Below are positions 26,491 through 35,749 of a stretch of 56,325 nucleotides of DNA, one piece after another. Where the stretch lies: positions 1-56,325 of the IMG/VR virus record IMGVR_UViG_3300031524_001649. One strand, given 5' to 3'. Source of the DNA: a virus (taxonomy: Duplodnaviria > Caudoviricetes). The notes below the pieces were generated by a model that was not told the DNA's origin, did not search any database, and saw only the letters and a list, made by a program, of their open reading frames with translations. The position numbers and the translations under genes were made by a program. The number at the start of each line of letters is the position of its first letter. Within the stretch, counting starts at the first letter, position 1.

Positions 26491-26835
26491 TCAGATGTCA
26501 CATGGGAAGTCCTCCGTGTCAGGGTCGCCGATGATTTCGACTTCAATTTGACGTTCAGACTCCGGCTTCAGGCGGGCAACCAATCGCTTGCGAAGCTTCT
26601 CGACAAGTGAAACCGAGTCGTTGGGCCACCAGTCCACCAAGGCTTCAATGGTCACAACTCGACCCGCCGAATTCGGCTCGGTAAGCACGAATGCGATGTC
26701 CCACAGCGCACCCCTGCCAGCAACGGCCTCGTGAACCGCGGCACGAAGACGCTTGCCCCAACTGCGACGGAAGCCGGGCGTGCTGTCGTCCCAGCGGCCG
26801 GAATACACCAGAATGCGGCATCGAATGCACCTCAC
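26491..26835 (-). CDS. Hypothetical protein
   Basis: GTG overlapping the helicase stop; fills the gap. Confidence 0.45.
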   Translation of the reverse strand: MRCIRCRILVYSGRWDDSTPGFRRSWGKRLRAAVHEAVAGRGALWDIAFVLTEPNSAGRVVTIEALVDWWPNDSVSLVEKLRKRLVARLKPESERQIEVEIIGDPDTEDFPCDI

Positions 26836-28790
26836 CGCACGGCCTCCACGACTTCGAGGGTTCCTCCTTCGCCTTCGCTTTCCCACTGGACGCCGGCCAT
26901 CAACTCGCCCATCGTCATTAGCTCCAGCTTCCGGTTCTCGCGGATCACGTCCAAAACCCGCTCGTCGCTGGGAAGGTGGATCAGATCGACGATCAGACAG
27001 CCCTTGTTCAGGTCCATGCCGATGCGGTGGATGCGGTCTTCCGATTGGATGCGGTACTCAGGCTTCCACGAGTTGGACCAGTAAACCGCGGTCCGGGCCT
27101 CCACGAGCGTCAGGCTCATGCCGCCCGACTCGGGGTTCGCCGCGAAAACAACCCGCGGATGATCGAGGTTGGCCCAGTAGTCCAGAGGCTCTTCCTTGAC
27201 CTCTTCGCCATCGTGCGTGAGCACTTGGAATGCGCCTTGATCGCACCGCACGACGTTCCACTTTTCCTTGAGGCAGAGGTTGACAACTCGGTCCACCGAG
27301 CCGGTGAAACCGGCAAATGCTACCAGGCGGCCGGTTTCTTCGTTCTCGTCCAAGAGCATCCGCAGCGCCGCGTCCTTGGGACAGGGAATCTCGCGGGCGG
27401 TGCGGACCATCTTCGGCACCTGGCGGTCGCCGCCGCACACCGGGCAGGGCACGGTCTGCTCGACCAACCGGGCCACGACCTCTTTAGGCAGCAGACCGAT
27501 GCCGGGATAGCGATTCTCTGGCTCCTGCGGGTCGATCCACTCTCGCACCGTGCCGCCGGTGCAGTGCGTGCAGCGGGTCATACCGTCCTGCACTTCGCGG
27601 TACTGGAAGCCGTCGCTCAGCTCGCGGAGCAACGTCATGGCGGTGACGGCATTCGGGGCCGATTGCACGATGGCCTCGGCGACGCGCAACAGGCTCGCGG
27701 TTGGCTTACAGGTGATCTTGCGGTAGCGCTTGTCGGGCAGGTCGAGGCAGTCCTTCTTGTGCTTGATCGTCACCAGACCCTTGAGCCGCTTATTAAGGTA
27801 GGCGACCTCATTGATGCTGGGCACGAACTCGTGATAGCCCTCCGCGCACTCGTCATGTGACTCGTCGCCCCGTGTCTCGCCACACTCGGCACACTTCCGT
27901 TGGTCGTCCTTCCAGCCGATGCGCTTCTTGAACGCTCCCTCGTCCATCTGCTTGAGGACCATGAAGGCCAGCCGCTCTTCCATCGCCTTCTGACTGCCCT
28001 CCCGCAGGAAGCCGGGCCAGGCGATCTCGCACTGGCTCCACCAGTCCACCGGCGACTTCGGCGACGGCGTGCCGGACATTTCGATCACGAAGCCATGCTC
28101 CAGGCCGTACTTCTCGCGAATCATGTCCGCAAGCGACTGGCAGGCGCGAGAGCGTTGCGAGCCAGCGTTCTTACAACGGCTCGACTCGTCGCAAATGAGC
28201 CCGGCAGGGATCGGTTGACCCGGTTTCCAGTGCTCCACCCAGGTCTTCAACCCCTCGTAGGTGAAGAACTCGATGTTGAACTTCTCGAAGGGGAAGTGCC
28301 ATTTGCGGAACTCCCGCTTGATGTTCGGCAGACTGGTCTTCGGGCCGACCCAGAACCACCAGTCCACGCCTGACCGCTCAATGACTTCTTGCGCGGAGAG
28401 GGTCTTGCCCGTGCCCATCTCCGCCGCGAAGATGTGATAGTGGTACGTCAGTCCGGCGTCGGTCAAGTCCTTCTGATGGTCCTTCAGCGGCCGGGCGTAT
28501 TCGTGACGCACCAACGGCCGATCGAACCAGGCATACGCCTTCTCTCCCATGAGGAAGGAAAGCTGAAAACGGTTGCGCTGGCAGTCCTCCACGGACCACA
28601 TCTTCTGCGGATTGGGGTCGTCGTAGCCGTGCCACCGCGAGCCCTGCATCGCCTTGATTTCATCCTTCAACGAGTACGGCGATTTGACGAAGAAGATGCG
28701 GCCGTCCTTGTACTCCAAGGTGGCCGAGACCAGGATCGGCGTCCCGGAAGAAGTCTTCGTGCGTAGTTTGGTTTGGACGACCGACATCAA
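26832..28790 (-). CDS. SNF2-like (SF2) helicase
   Basis: EMGTGKT, DESS, SGTP, GGMSLTL, QSEDRIHRIG. Confidence 0.88.
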   Translation of the reverse strand: MMSVVQTKLRTKTSSGTPILVSATLEYKDGRIFFVKSPYSLKDEIKAMQGSRWHGYDDPNPQKMWSVEDCQRNRFQLSFLMGEKAYAWFDRPLVRHEYARPLKDHQKDLTDAGLTYHYHIFAAEMGTGKTLSAQEVIERSGVDWWFWVGPKTSLPNIKREFRKWHFPFEKFNIEFFTYEGLKTWVEHWKPGQPIPAGLICDESSRCKNAGSQRSRACQSLADMIREKYGLEHGFVIEMSGTPSPKSPVDWWSQCEIAWPGFLREGSQKAMEERLAFMVLKQMDEGAFKKRIGWKDDQRKCAECGETRGDESHDECAEGYHEFVPSINEVAYLNKRLKGLVTIKHKKDCLDLPDKRYRKITCKPTASLLRVAEAIVQSAPNAVTAMTLLRELSDGFQYREVQDGMTRCTHCTGGTVREWIDPQEPENRYPGIGLLPKEVVARLVEQTVPCPVCGGDRQVPKMVRTAREIPCPKDAALRMLLDENEETGRLVAFAGFTGSVDRVVNLCLKEKWNVVRCDQGAFQVLTHDGEEVKEEPLDYWANLDHPRVVFAANPESGGMSLTLVEARTAVYWSNSWKPEYRIQSEDRIHRIGMDLNKGCLIVDLIHLPSDERVLDVIRENRKLELMTMGELMAGVQWESEGEGGTLEVVEAVR

Positions 28791-28865
28791 ATCTCGCTTC
28801 CTCGATCAGGCTTACGCTGGCTCGTTTACGCACACTTCCTGCTCGGACATTGCTCCCCACTTGTT

Positions 28866-28901
28866 ACAACAACGAAACAGGGCCCCGTCAGGGTGAAATT
28901 C
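28866..28901 (-). promoter_or_regulatory. Phage promoter motif, copy 3
   Basis: GAATTTCACCCTGAC-N13-GTTGTTGT, intergenic, upstream of the helicase. Confidence 0.7.
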
Positions 28902-28934
28902 CGCCCGGAATTTGCCACATGGTTAAAATCGCTG

Positions 28935-30011
28935 CTACATTGAAGCCAGACGGGCGGCGGCAATTTCGCAGTGCCGCTCTTCCGACTCGATGCCGATGCA
29001 AGCACGGCCGAGCGTCTTGGCCGCCAGCAGGGTCGAGCCGCTGCCGGCGAACGGGTCCAGGACCAATCCGCCAGTGGGCGTGGACAAGAGGGTCAGGAGG
29101 TACCGCATCAGCTTTAAGGGCTTGACGGTGGGGTGGTCGTTCTTTGGCCCCCGGACCGGATTGCGTTCCTTCGTGGCAGCCTTGGCGACATAGAAGAACC
29201 GACTCGCGCCGCCCGTTCGCTCGTCCAGCACACGCGCCGCCTCTTCGTCCAAGAGCAGGTTGGCCGGCCAACGCCCGGACGCCAAGTCGCCTGCGGGCGA
29301 CCGTTTAGCGATTTTCCAGCCGGCGTCCGTGATGGAGTCTGAGGGCGTGCGGATTGTGCTGGCCGTGCCGATCCTGCTGGCTTTGACGTTTATTCCGGCC
29401 ACGCCCCAGGTCTCAGCGTTGTGGGCCAGCGTGCCATCCAGCCGCTTCATTGCGAGGATGATGGGCTCCCAGGCTGGCTTGAGCGCATTGGCCCAACCGG
29501 TCCATTGCTTCGCCAATTCCGTGGCCGGAGCCGTGACGGCGCACTCCGCGGCCGGATTGTGCAAGTCGCCATAGACCTCGTTCGTGCGGCCATTGTCCGC
29601 CAACGAATAGCCGGGCCGGCCCAGCTTGGTGCCGACGACCTCGCGCCGGGCTCCCTTCGCTTTGTCGATCAGCACGCCGATGTCCGGGGCCTTGGGAAAG
29701 CCCTGACCATAGAGCCACATCAGGCAGTCACGAATCGCCCATCCGGCATCTTCGATCGCGCAGGCAAGCCGGTGGCACGTTCGCGTGCCGCCGAAGGCCA
29801 GCATCAATGCGCCCGGCTTGCAGACCCGCTGAATGGCTTTCCAATACGGGACGCCGGGAACACCGTGGTCCCATTCATGTCCCATGAAGCCGAGGCCGTA
29901 GGGAGGATCGGTACAAACGAAGTCTACGGAGGCTTCCGGCAGCGTCGGTAGCACCTCGCGGTTGTCGCCGCAGTAGAGCGTGATGTTGTCTTTCTCGTAG
30001 TAAGGCTTCAT
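28935..30011 (-). CDS. N4/N6 DNA methyltransferase, paralog of 13925-15247
   Basis: Start MKPYYEK; TDPPY, GFPK, KPAWEPI, HPTVKP, LDPFAGSGST. Confidence 0.9.
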   Translation of the reverse strand: MKPYYEKDNITLYCGDNREVLPTLPEASVDFVCTDPPYGLGFMGHEWDHGVPGVPYWKAIQRVCKPGALMLAFGGTRTCHRLACAIEDAGWAIRDCLMWLYGQGFPKAPDIGVLIDKAKGARREVVGTKLGRPGYSLADNGRTNEVYGDLHNPAAECAVTAPATELAKQWTGWANALKPAWEPIILAMKRLDGTLAHNAETWGVAGINVKASRIGTASTIRTPSDSITDAGWKIAKRSPAGDLASGRWPANLLLDEEAARVLDERTGGASRFFYVAKAATKERNPVRGPKNDHPTVKPLKLMRYLLTLLSTPTGGLVLDPFAGSGSTLLAAKTLGRACIGIESEERHCEIAAARLASM

Positions 30012-30532
30012 CGTTGCGGCTTGTATTCCAGGAGGAGCGTGCGGTCGGGTGCCTCGCGGGCGCGGTAGTCGCTCCACACGTTCAGGCCCGCGCCGCAGAA
30101 AAGGCCGTAGACCTTGTTGAAGCCGGCGCGTACGGGCGGCTCGGCGTTCGTTACGGACCCTGCCGCCACGGCGTCGCGCCACTGGGCCAAGGTTCCCGTC
30201 ACCACGGCCGCCGTGACGCCGCGAACCGTGGTCTCGGCCGTGACGAAGGGCATCCCGGCGCAGCGTTCCAGAATGTCGAGCACGTCTCGCTCGTCGGCGA
30301 CGACAAACACGCTGAACGACACATGCGACAAGAGGTTTGGCGCGAGGCCCACCGGGGCCTTCTGGTCGCAAATCGCAGCCAGGCAGCTCAGGAACTTTTC
30401 CGGCTCGGACAGCTCGCGCGACGAAGCATCGGCCGCACGCGCCGGGGAATAGCCTAGCACGTGCAGGCACGCGCCCAGGAAGGCGCGAAAGTTGACGGCC
30501 GGCGTGGTGATGAGCAACACTTCGGGATTCAT
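30008..30532 (-). CDS. Hypothetical protein, possible degenerate ThyX fold
   Basis: LLSHVSFSV and VVTGTLAQWR resemble ThyX EH.sfsF and vtgNlRew segments; no RHR motif. Confidence 0.4.
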   Translation of the reverse strand: MNPEVLLITTPAVNFRAFLGACLHVLGYSPARAADASSRELSEPEKFLSCLAAICDQKAPVGLAPNLLSHVSFSVFVVADERDVLDILERCAGMPFVTAETTVRGVTAAVVTGTLAQWRDAVAAGSVTNAEPPVRAGFNKVYGLFCGAGLNVWSDYRAREAPDRTLLLEYKPQR

Positions 30533-30698
30533 CGCGGAGCCAGGGGAAGTGTCCACGCGAGCGGCGGAACTGCTCCCGCCATTCACGCAGACCGGTGATG
30601 CCCGCCCACGAACAGTGCAGCGGGTGTGTTCTCCAAGAAACCCCGCCGGGGCCCCGGGCCACAGTACCGGGGCATGTCCGGCGGGGAGCAAATGACAC

Positions 30699-31436
30699 CT
30701 AGCGGGCACGGTCGTCGTCAGCGACGGCGGCACGTTGGACCCCGTTGTCCTTAACAGTCAAGAAGGTCACAATCTTCTTGTTGACCCGATCCTGCTTGGG
30801 GAAATTCGTGAACGCCGTGCTGCACTTCATCACCACGGGAACGTGCCACGAGTAGGTGCCCTTCTCCACCAGCCGGCTTGTCAGTGTGAGCGGCAGCGGG
30901 CCGTGCGGCACTAGTTCGCTCACGTCGTCGCCGTTGGCCGCCTTGGTGTCGATGTCGGCTTGCGTCAGCGGGAGGTAGGGGTAGATTTTCTTCGCTTCCT
31001 GGCGGCTCGACTTGTTGCCGCAGAAGAATTCCAGGAACAGGCCGCGCGAACGCTCGAAGACGAGGAACGACGGGCCAAACATGCAGTGGCTTTCCTTTTC
31101 GCACGATTGGGCCTTGATCCGCTCGAACTCGGCGTTCCTGGGGTCATAGTTGACGATGATCGCCTCGCTGTCGGTCATGTCGATGGCCTTCGGCCGGCGA
31201 GCCAAGGGAACGATGTCGATTGTGTCGCCCAGGTCGTCCACCTCCTCGCCGGTGGGAATGCCATAGTTGCCAGGGCCGACCAGCCGCTTGTTGACCGCCT
31301 TACCCTTGGTATAGAGTTGCAGCCGGCCGAGGTAGTCGGCGCTTTTGGCGAGATCGGCGAACTGCTCGTCGCTGCCGATCTGTGTGGAGGGAAGTTGGTC
31401 AAGGTTCACGGGGACCATGTTGGTGTTGTCGGACAT
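30699..31436 (-). CDS. Hypothetical replication-region protein (possible SSB)
   Basis: GAGG RBS; beta-rich sequence with acidic tail; located among replication genes. Confidence 0.5.
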   Translation of the reverse strand: MSDNTNMVPVNLDQLPSTQIGSDEQFADLAKSADYLGRLQLYTKGKAVNKRLVGPGNYGIPTGEEVDDLGDTIDIVPLARRPKAIDMTDSEAIIVNYDPRNAEFERIKAQSCEKESHCMFGPSFLVFERSRGLFLEFFCGNKSSRQEAKKIYPYLPLTQADIDTKAANGDDVSELVPHGPLPLTLTSRLVEKGTYSWHVPVVMKCSTAFTNFPKQDRVNKKIVTFLTVKDNGVQRAAVADDDRAR

Positions 31437-31486
31437 TGATAGCGCCTCAATATGGATGCAAGCCAATGGAGAAAAGAGAGACGTGA

Positions 31487-32380
31487 CTAGGGTTGCTTGT
31501 CGAGTGCCTCCTTTGCGCGTTTGCGCGATCGGTTCATCACGGCTTGACGCTGAACCTCAAGGCTCTCCCGGTCCAGGTGCAGCACCCACGCAAGCGCCGC
31601 CCGCCAGGCGTCAGTCAGGGTTTTGCAGCGCTCGGCCACCAAGACCAGGGCGGCGCAAGTCGGTTTCTCCAACTCCGCGACCACTTGCTTCAATGGGTGC
31701 ATGTACGCCACCGGCTTGAAGTCTTCTGTGAAGAAGGCGTCCAGCTTCCCTTGCCGCACAGCCTCTTGGAATCGCTTCAAGAAGGCTTGGGCCGTCGCGC
31801 GGAACTCCGCAACCGGCATGGTGCGCGCGGCGTCGAAGAACTCGGCCTGGTGCTTGTAGGGAATGCGGGCCAACTCGTAGGCGCACCCCAGTGGCATCTC
31901 GCCGCGGTCCACGGCGGTCTGGAAGTCCTTCCGCAAACACAACAGGCCCAACGTTTCGCCAATCCACTTGGGACCCTTGTGGAGAATGCTGCTGCTAATC
32001 TCCGCCAAGGTCGCCTGCGGTCGGGCGTCCATGATCTTCTTGATCTGGCGAGCGTATTCCATCGGCGTCGTCTCAGGACGCAGGGCGTTCGCCTGAATCT
32101 GGATCGCCAGCAAATCATCGTCCGTCAAATCCTTCACGAGACAGGGCACGGGTGATCGGCGCACCTCGCGGCAGCAGGTCACGCGATAGAGCCCATCCAC
32201 CACATCGTATTTGTCCGGGACGCGAGCGGATGGACGCACCAGGATTGGATTGAGAAGACCGCGATCCGCGATCGAATCGCGCAGTTCCATGTAGGCGACC
32301 GACCCGTGCTGCACCAGGCGGAGCACCACGGGCGGGTCAACAAGCTGATCGATCGGAATCCACTTCAATTCGTCGGCCAT
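31487..32380 (-). CDS. ParB-like protein
   Basis: ELRDSIADRGLLNPILVR..VVDGLYR..AN..R. Confidence 0.8.
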   Translation of the reverse strand: MADELKWIPIDQLVDPPVVLRLVQHGSVAYMELRDSIADRGLLNPILVRPSARVPDKYDVVDGLYRVTCCREVRRSPVPCLVKDLTDDDLLAIQIQANALRPETTPMEYARQIKKIMDARPQATLAEISSSILHKGPKWIGETLGLLCLRKDFQTAVDRGEMPLGCAYELARIPYKHQAEFFDAARTMPVAEFRATAQAFLKRFQEAVRQGKLDAFFTEDFKPVAYMHPLKQVVAELEKPTCAALVLVAERCKTLTDAWRAALAWVLHLDRESLEVQRQAVMNRSRKRAKEALDKQP

Positions 32381-32459
32381 ACCTAACCAAACGCCAAAAC
32401 CCGGAGGATTTCTAACGCCGCCTGAGAAAGTCTTGGGTTTTTGGCGTTTGGTTAGGTAT
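32379..32459. repeat. 21-bp perfect inverted repeat in the divergent intergenic region
   Basis: ATACCTAACCAAACGCCAAAA (32379-32399) and TTTTGGCGTTTGGTTAGGTAT (32439-32459), with partial inner pairing. Confidence 0.9.
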
Positions 32460-32526
32460 CGCGACAATCGCGAGGAAGCACTGCATTCGCGCGTTTACAC
32501 GCTGCCCCCGAGGACGTGGAGTCGTT

Positions 32527-35199
32527 ATGCCGACTGTCAGCGAAGCTCTCTACAAGTTCCTCCACGCCCGGAAGACGCCTGCGAACGCGGATCTCATTGA
32601 TCGCTGGGGCATCAACATGGAGACGCAGGTCAACGTGGCGGTCAGCGACGGGGAACCTGTGGCCGGGAAGCGATCCACGTTCGCCAAGGGAGCCGATACG
32701 TGGCACTCCATCCGTGTTCCCCGCGACGCCAACTCGGAGCCGCATTGGGACGACTACGAACTGCGATACTCATTCACGGAGCACGCCGAAGGCATCGGCA
32801 TGACCGGCTGGGACTGGCAGAACCGGCGGTCTCGGTCGGTGGCCTTTGATTTCGACGCTTTGACCGGCCACGCCAAAGGCGTGGGTGTCACCGACGAAGC
32901 CCTGGAGCAGGTCAAGCAGAAGGCGATGCAGCTTCCTTACGTGGAGGTACGACGGAGCACCGGCGGCAGCGGGCTACACCTCCGCACCTACTTTGACGCG
33001 GCCGGCATTCCCACGGAGAACCACACGGCCCATGCCGCCTTGGCCCGCTGCATCCTGGGCATGATGTCCAGCGAGTGCAACTTCGACTTTGCCAGCCAAA
33101 TCGACGCCCTCGGCGGCGTGATGTGGGTTTGGCACCGGAAGATGACTGCCGAGAACCACGGCCTGGAGATCGTCAAGCCAGCCACCAAGGTGCTCACGGC
33201 GGCCGACCTGCCGGCCAACTGGCGAGATCATATTGATGTCGTGACACACAAACGGAGCAAAGTGCGGATCAACGAGGTCCAAGACGACGACTTGGACCCT
33301 TTCGAGGCCCTGGCCTCGGCACAAAAGATAATTCCCCTGGACGACGCACACAAGGCCCAGATCGAGGCCCTCCAGCGCTCCCATTACACCACCCTCTGGA
33401 TCGCCGACCACCACCTGCTGCAAACGCACACCTGCGCCCTCAAAGAGCTAATGGAGGGGCGGGAGGGCAAGGAGTTGAAGCTGGTCGGCATGTTCGACAC
33501 CAACTCGCAGGGCCGGAACCCGGGCAACCCCAACTGTTTCCTTTTCGCCCTGCCCAACGGTGCGTGGCGCGTCTACCGCTTCTCGCCCGGCATTGCGGAG
33601 GCCGAGACGTGGGAGCAAGACGGCAAGACCTGGACCACCTGCTATTTCAATCGCCGGCCGGAGCTGGCCGTGGCAGCCAAAGTCTATGGTGGCATCGAAG
33701 ACCCAGAAAAAAGGGAATACGTCTTCAAATCCCCTGACGACGCCTTGAAGGCCGCCAAGGTCTTGGGCCAACCGGATACAAGCCTGGACCCGATGTTCGA
33801 GGGGCGCAGGACCACGCTCAAGCCCCACAAGGATGGCCGCTTGGTCGTGGAAATCGAGCGCGTCAAAGGCGACGCCGACCAACCCGAACCCAAGGGCTGG
33901 CTCGCAAAGAAGACGAAGTGGGTCCGCGTCTTCGAGACAGTGCTCACCAAGCAGTCGGACGAGGAAACGGAGGCGATGCAGTACGATCACACGCTTCGGG
34001 CCCTCAAGACACCGGCCCAGCAGTTTCTCGGATGGCGCACGAAGGACAAGAGCGGTAAATGGGTCGGCAACCCGGCCGCCAACGTCAAGATGTTGTTGCA
34101 AAACCTCGGCAACCCAAAAGACAAAGCGGAGTGCATCATGGGTGGCGCAATCGACCAGAATTGGGAACTAGTCAGTCTGCCTTTCCGCGACGAATACCCC
34201 GGCGGCCGACAATGGAACCGTGATGCCGCGCAATTCCGCGTCCCGCCCGCAGCCCTGGAGCCGGACGAAGCTCCGCACCATCCCTACTGGGATTTGGTCT
34301 TTAACCACATCGGCATCGAATTGACGCCGGCGCTCCGCGGTCTGCCCTGGGCCGAGAAGTCCAACATCACAACCGGGGCCGACTACCTGCGGGCGTGGGT
34401 GGCATGTGCTTTCCGTGACCCGTTCGAGCCAACCCCCTATTTGTTCCTCTGGGGCAACGAGAACAGTGGTAAGAGCATCTTCCACGAGTCGTTGGAACTG
34501 CTGGTGACCAAGGGCGTTGTCAAGGCCGACAAGGTGCTTACCAGCCACAACGAATTCAACGGGGAGTTGGCCGGGGCCATCATCTGCGTGGTGGAAGAGA
34601 AGAACGTCGCTACGACCCCCGGCGCGCACGCCCGCATCAAAGAGTATGTGACCGCACGCACGTTGTCCATCCGTGAGATGCGGACCAACACCTACCAAAT
34701 ACCCAACACCACCCATTGGATTCAGTGCGCCAACTCTCAGCGGGACTGCCCCGTAATCCCCGGCGATACGCGGATCACGGTCATTGAAGTCTGCGACCTC
34801 TTGCCCGAGCAGGAAGTCCCCAAGCTGACCTTGTTGGCGAAGCTCAAGGAGGAGGCTCCGCACTTCATGTACACGCTGATGAACCTGCAACTGCCGCCGG
34901 TCATTGGGCGAATGCGGCTGCCGGTGGTCCGCACGCCGAGCAAGGCCCGCACAGAAGAACTCAACAAGAGCCCCTTGCAGCAATTCCTGGAAGACTGCTG
35001 CATCGTCAAGGAAGGAGCACGCCTCCGCTTCGGCGAGTTCTACGACGCCTTCGAGAAGACGGTGGACGCGGGCGAAAAGCACGAGTGGTCGAGAACCAAG
35101 GTGGCCCGGCTGCTGCCCAACCGCCACCAAATCTACAAGACCCACGGCCAAAAATGGGTTCCCAACGTGGCCTTCAAGGCATCGGAGGCCGACCAATGA
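32527..35199 (+). CDS. Primase-helicase (AEP-like primase + C-terminal P-loop NTPase)
   Basis: FDFD and RSTGGSGLHL primase motifs; Walker A GNENSGKS; HNEFNGEL..EE. Confidence 0.8.
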   Translation: MPTVSEALYKFLHARKTPANADLIDRWGINMETQVNVAVSDGEPVAGKRSTFAKGADTWHSIRVPRDANSEPHWDDYELRYSFTEHAEGIGMTGWDWQNRRSRSVAFDFDALTGHAKGVGVTDEALEQVKQKAMQLPYVEVRRSTGGSGLHLRTYFDAAGIPTENHTAHAALARCILGMMSSECNFDFASQIDALGGVMWVWHRKMTAENHGLEIVKPATKVLTAADLPANWRDHIDVVTHKRSKVRINEVQDDDLDPFEALASAQKIIPLDDAHKAQIEALQRSHYTTLWIADHHLLQTHTCALKELMEGREGKELKLVGMFDTNSQGRNPGNPNCFLFALPNGAWRVYRFSPGIAEAETWEQDGKTWTTCYFNRRPELAVAAKVYGGIEDPEKREYVFKSPDDALKAAKVLGQPDTSLDPMFEGRRTTLKPHKDGRLVVEIERVKGDADQPEPKGWLAKKTKWVRVFETVLTKQSDEETEAMQYDHTLRALKTPAQQFLGWRTKDKSGKWVGNPAANVKMLLQNLGNPKDKAECIMGGAIDQNWELVSLPFRDEYPGGRQWNRDAAQFRVPPAALEPDEAPHHPYWDLVFNHIGIELTPALRGLPWAEKSNITTGADYLRAWVACAFRDPFEPTPYLFLWGNENSGKSIFHESLELLVTKGVVKADKVLTSHNEFNGELAGAIICVVEEKNVATTPGAHARIKEYVTARTLSIREMRTNTYQIPNTTHWIQCANSQRDCPVIPGDTRITVIEVCDLLPEQEVPKLTLLAKLKEEAPHFMYTLMNLQLPPVIGRMRLPVVRTPSKARTEELNKSPLQQFLEDCCIVKEGARLRFGEFYDAFEKTVDAGEKHEWSRTKVARLLPNRHQIYKTHGQKWVPNVAFKASEADQ

Positions 35200-35237
35200 C
35201 GGCGATTACCTCGAAGTTGCACCCGGAGACGAAGAAC

Positions 35238-35681
35238 ATGAGTAAGTACGGCATGACCGACAGCGGGAAACGACAATCTTTTGGCGAAGGAATGGCGGTC
35301 CGCGACACGGCCGACGACAAGCCGCGGCCCGACCTGATCTCCCCTTTCGCCGAAGAGCGCCAGGGCCACTGGCTCCGCATGGGAGCCGCCAAGTATGCCG
35401 AGCGCAACTGGGAGAACGGGATGCCGTTCTCGCGCTGCGTAGCCTCGCTCAAGCGGCATGTGATGAAGTACCAGCAAGGCAAGCGCGACGAGGACCATCT
35501 GGCCGCGATCATGTTCAACGCGATGGCCCTGATCCACTACGAGGAAATGATCGAGCGCGGCCGGCTGCCGGCCAAATTGAACGACATGCCGGACTACGGT
35601 CCGGTCGCCAGGGCCGCTTTGAGGGGCGCTGGCAAGCGGGCAAGGACGACCCGCAAGACTCAGAAGCCTCGGAAGCAGTAA
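35238..35681 (+). CDS. DUF5664-like dATP/dGTP diphosphohydrolase
   Basis: KPRPDLI..GAAKYAERNWENG..RH..EDHLAAIMFNA; alternative start 35196. Confidence 0.8.
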   Translation: MSKYGMTDSGKRQSFGEGMAVRDTADDKPRPDLISPFAEERQGHWLRMGAAKYAERNWENGMPFSRCVASLKRHVMKYQQGKRDEDHLAAIMFNAMALIHYEEMIERGRLPAKLNDMPDYGPVARAALRGAGKRARTTRKTQKPRKQ

Positions 35682-35749
35682 CCTTTCATCCCGGCTCCGG
35701 CCCTGCGACAGCGCAGGGCCGGAGGCAAACCGACCGAGCGAACCGAACC

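Noticed and set aside
10-32300. Many long plus-strand ORFs (e.g. 10-912, 18498-19523, 22445-23680, 25445-26551)
   Set aside because: Antisense shadows of well-supported minus-strand genes in GC-rich DNA; no motifs.
35238-35681. Evidence for a Z-base (2-aminoadenine) genome
   Set aside because: DUF5664 alone is insufficient; there is no purZ in the window, and several adenine MTases suggest normal adenine.
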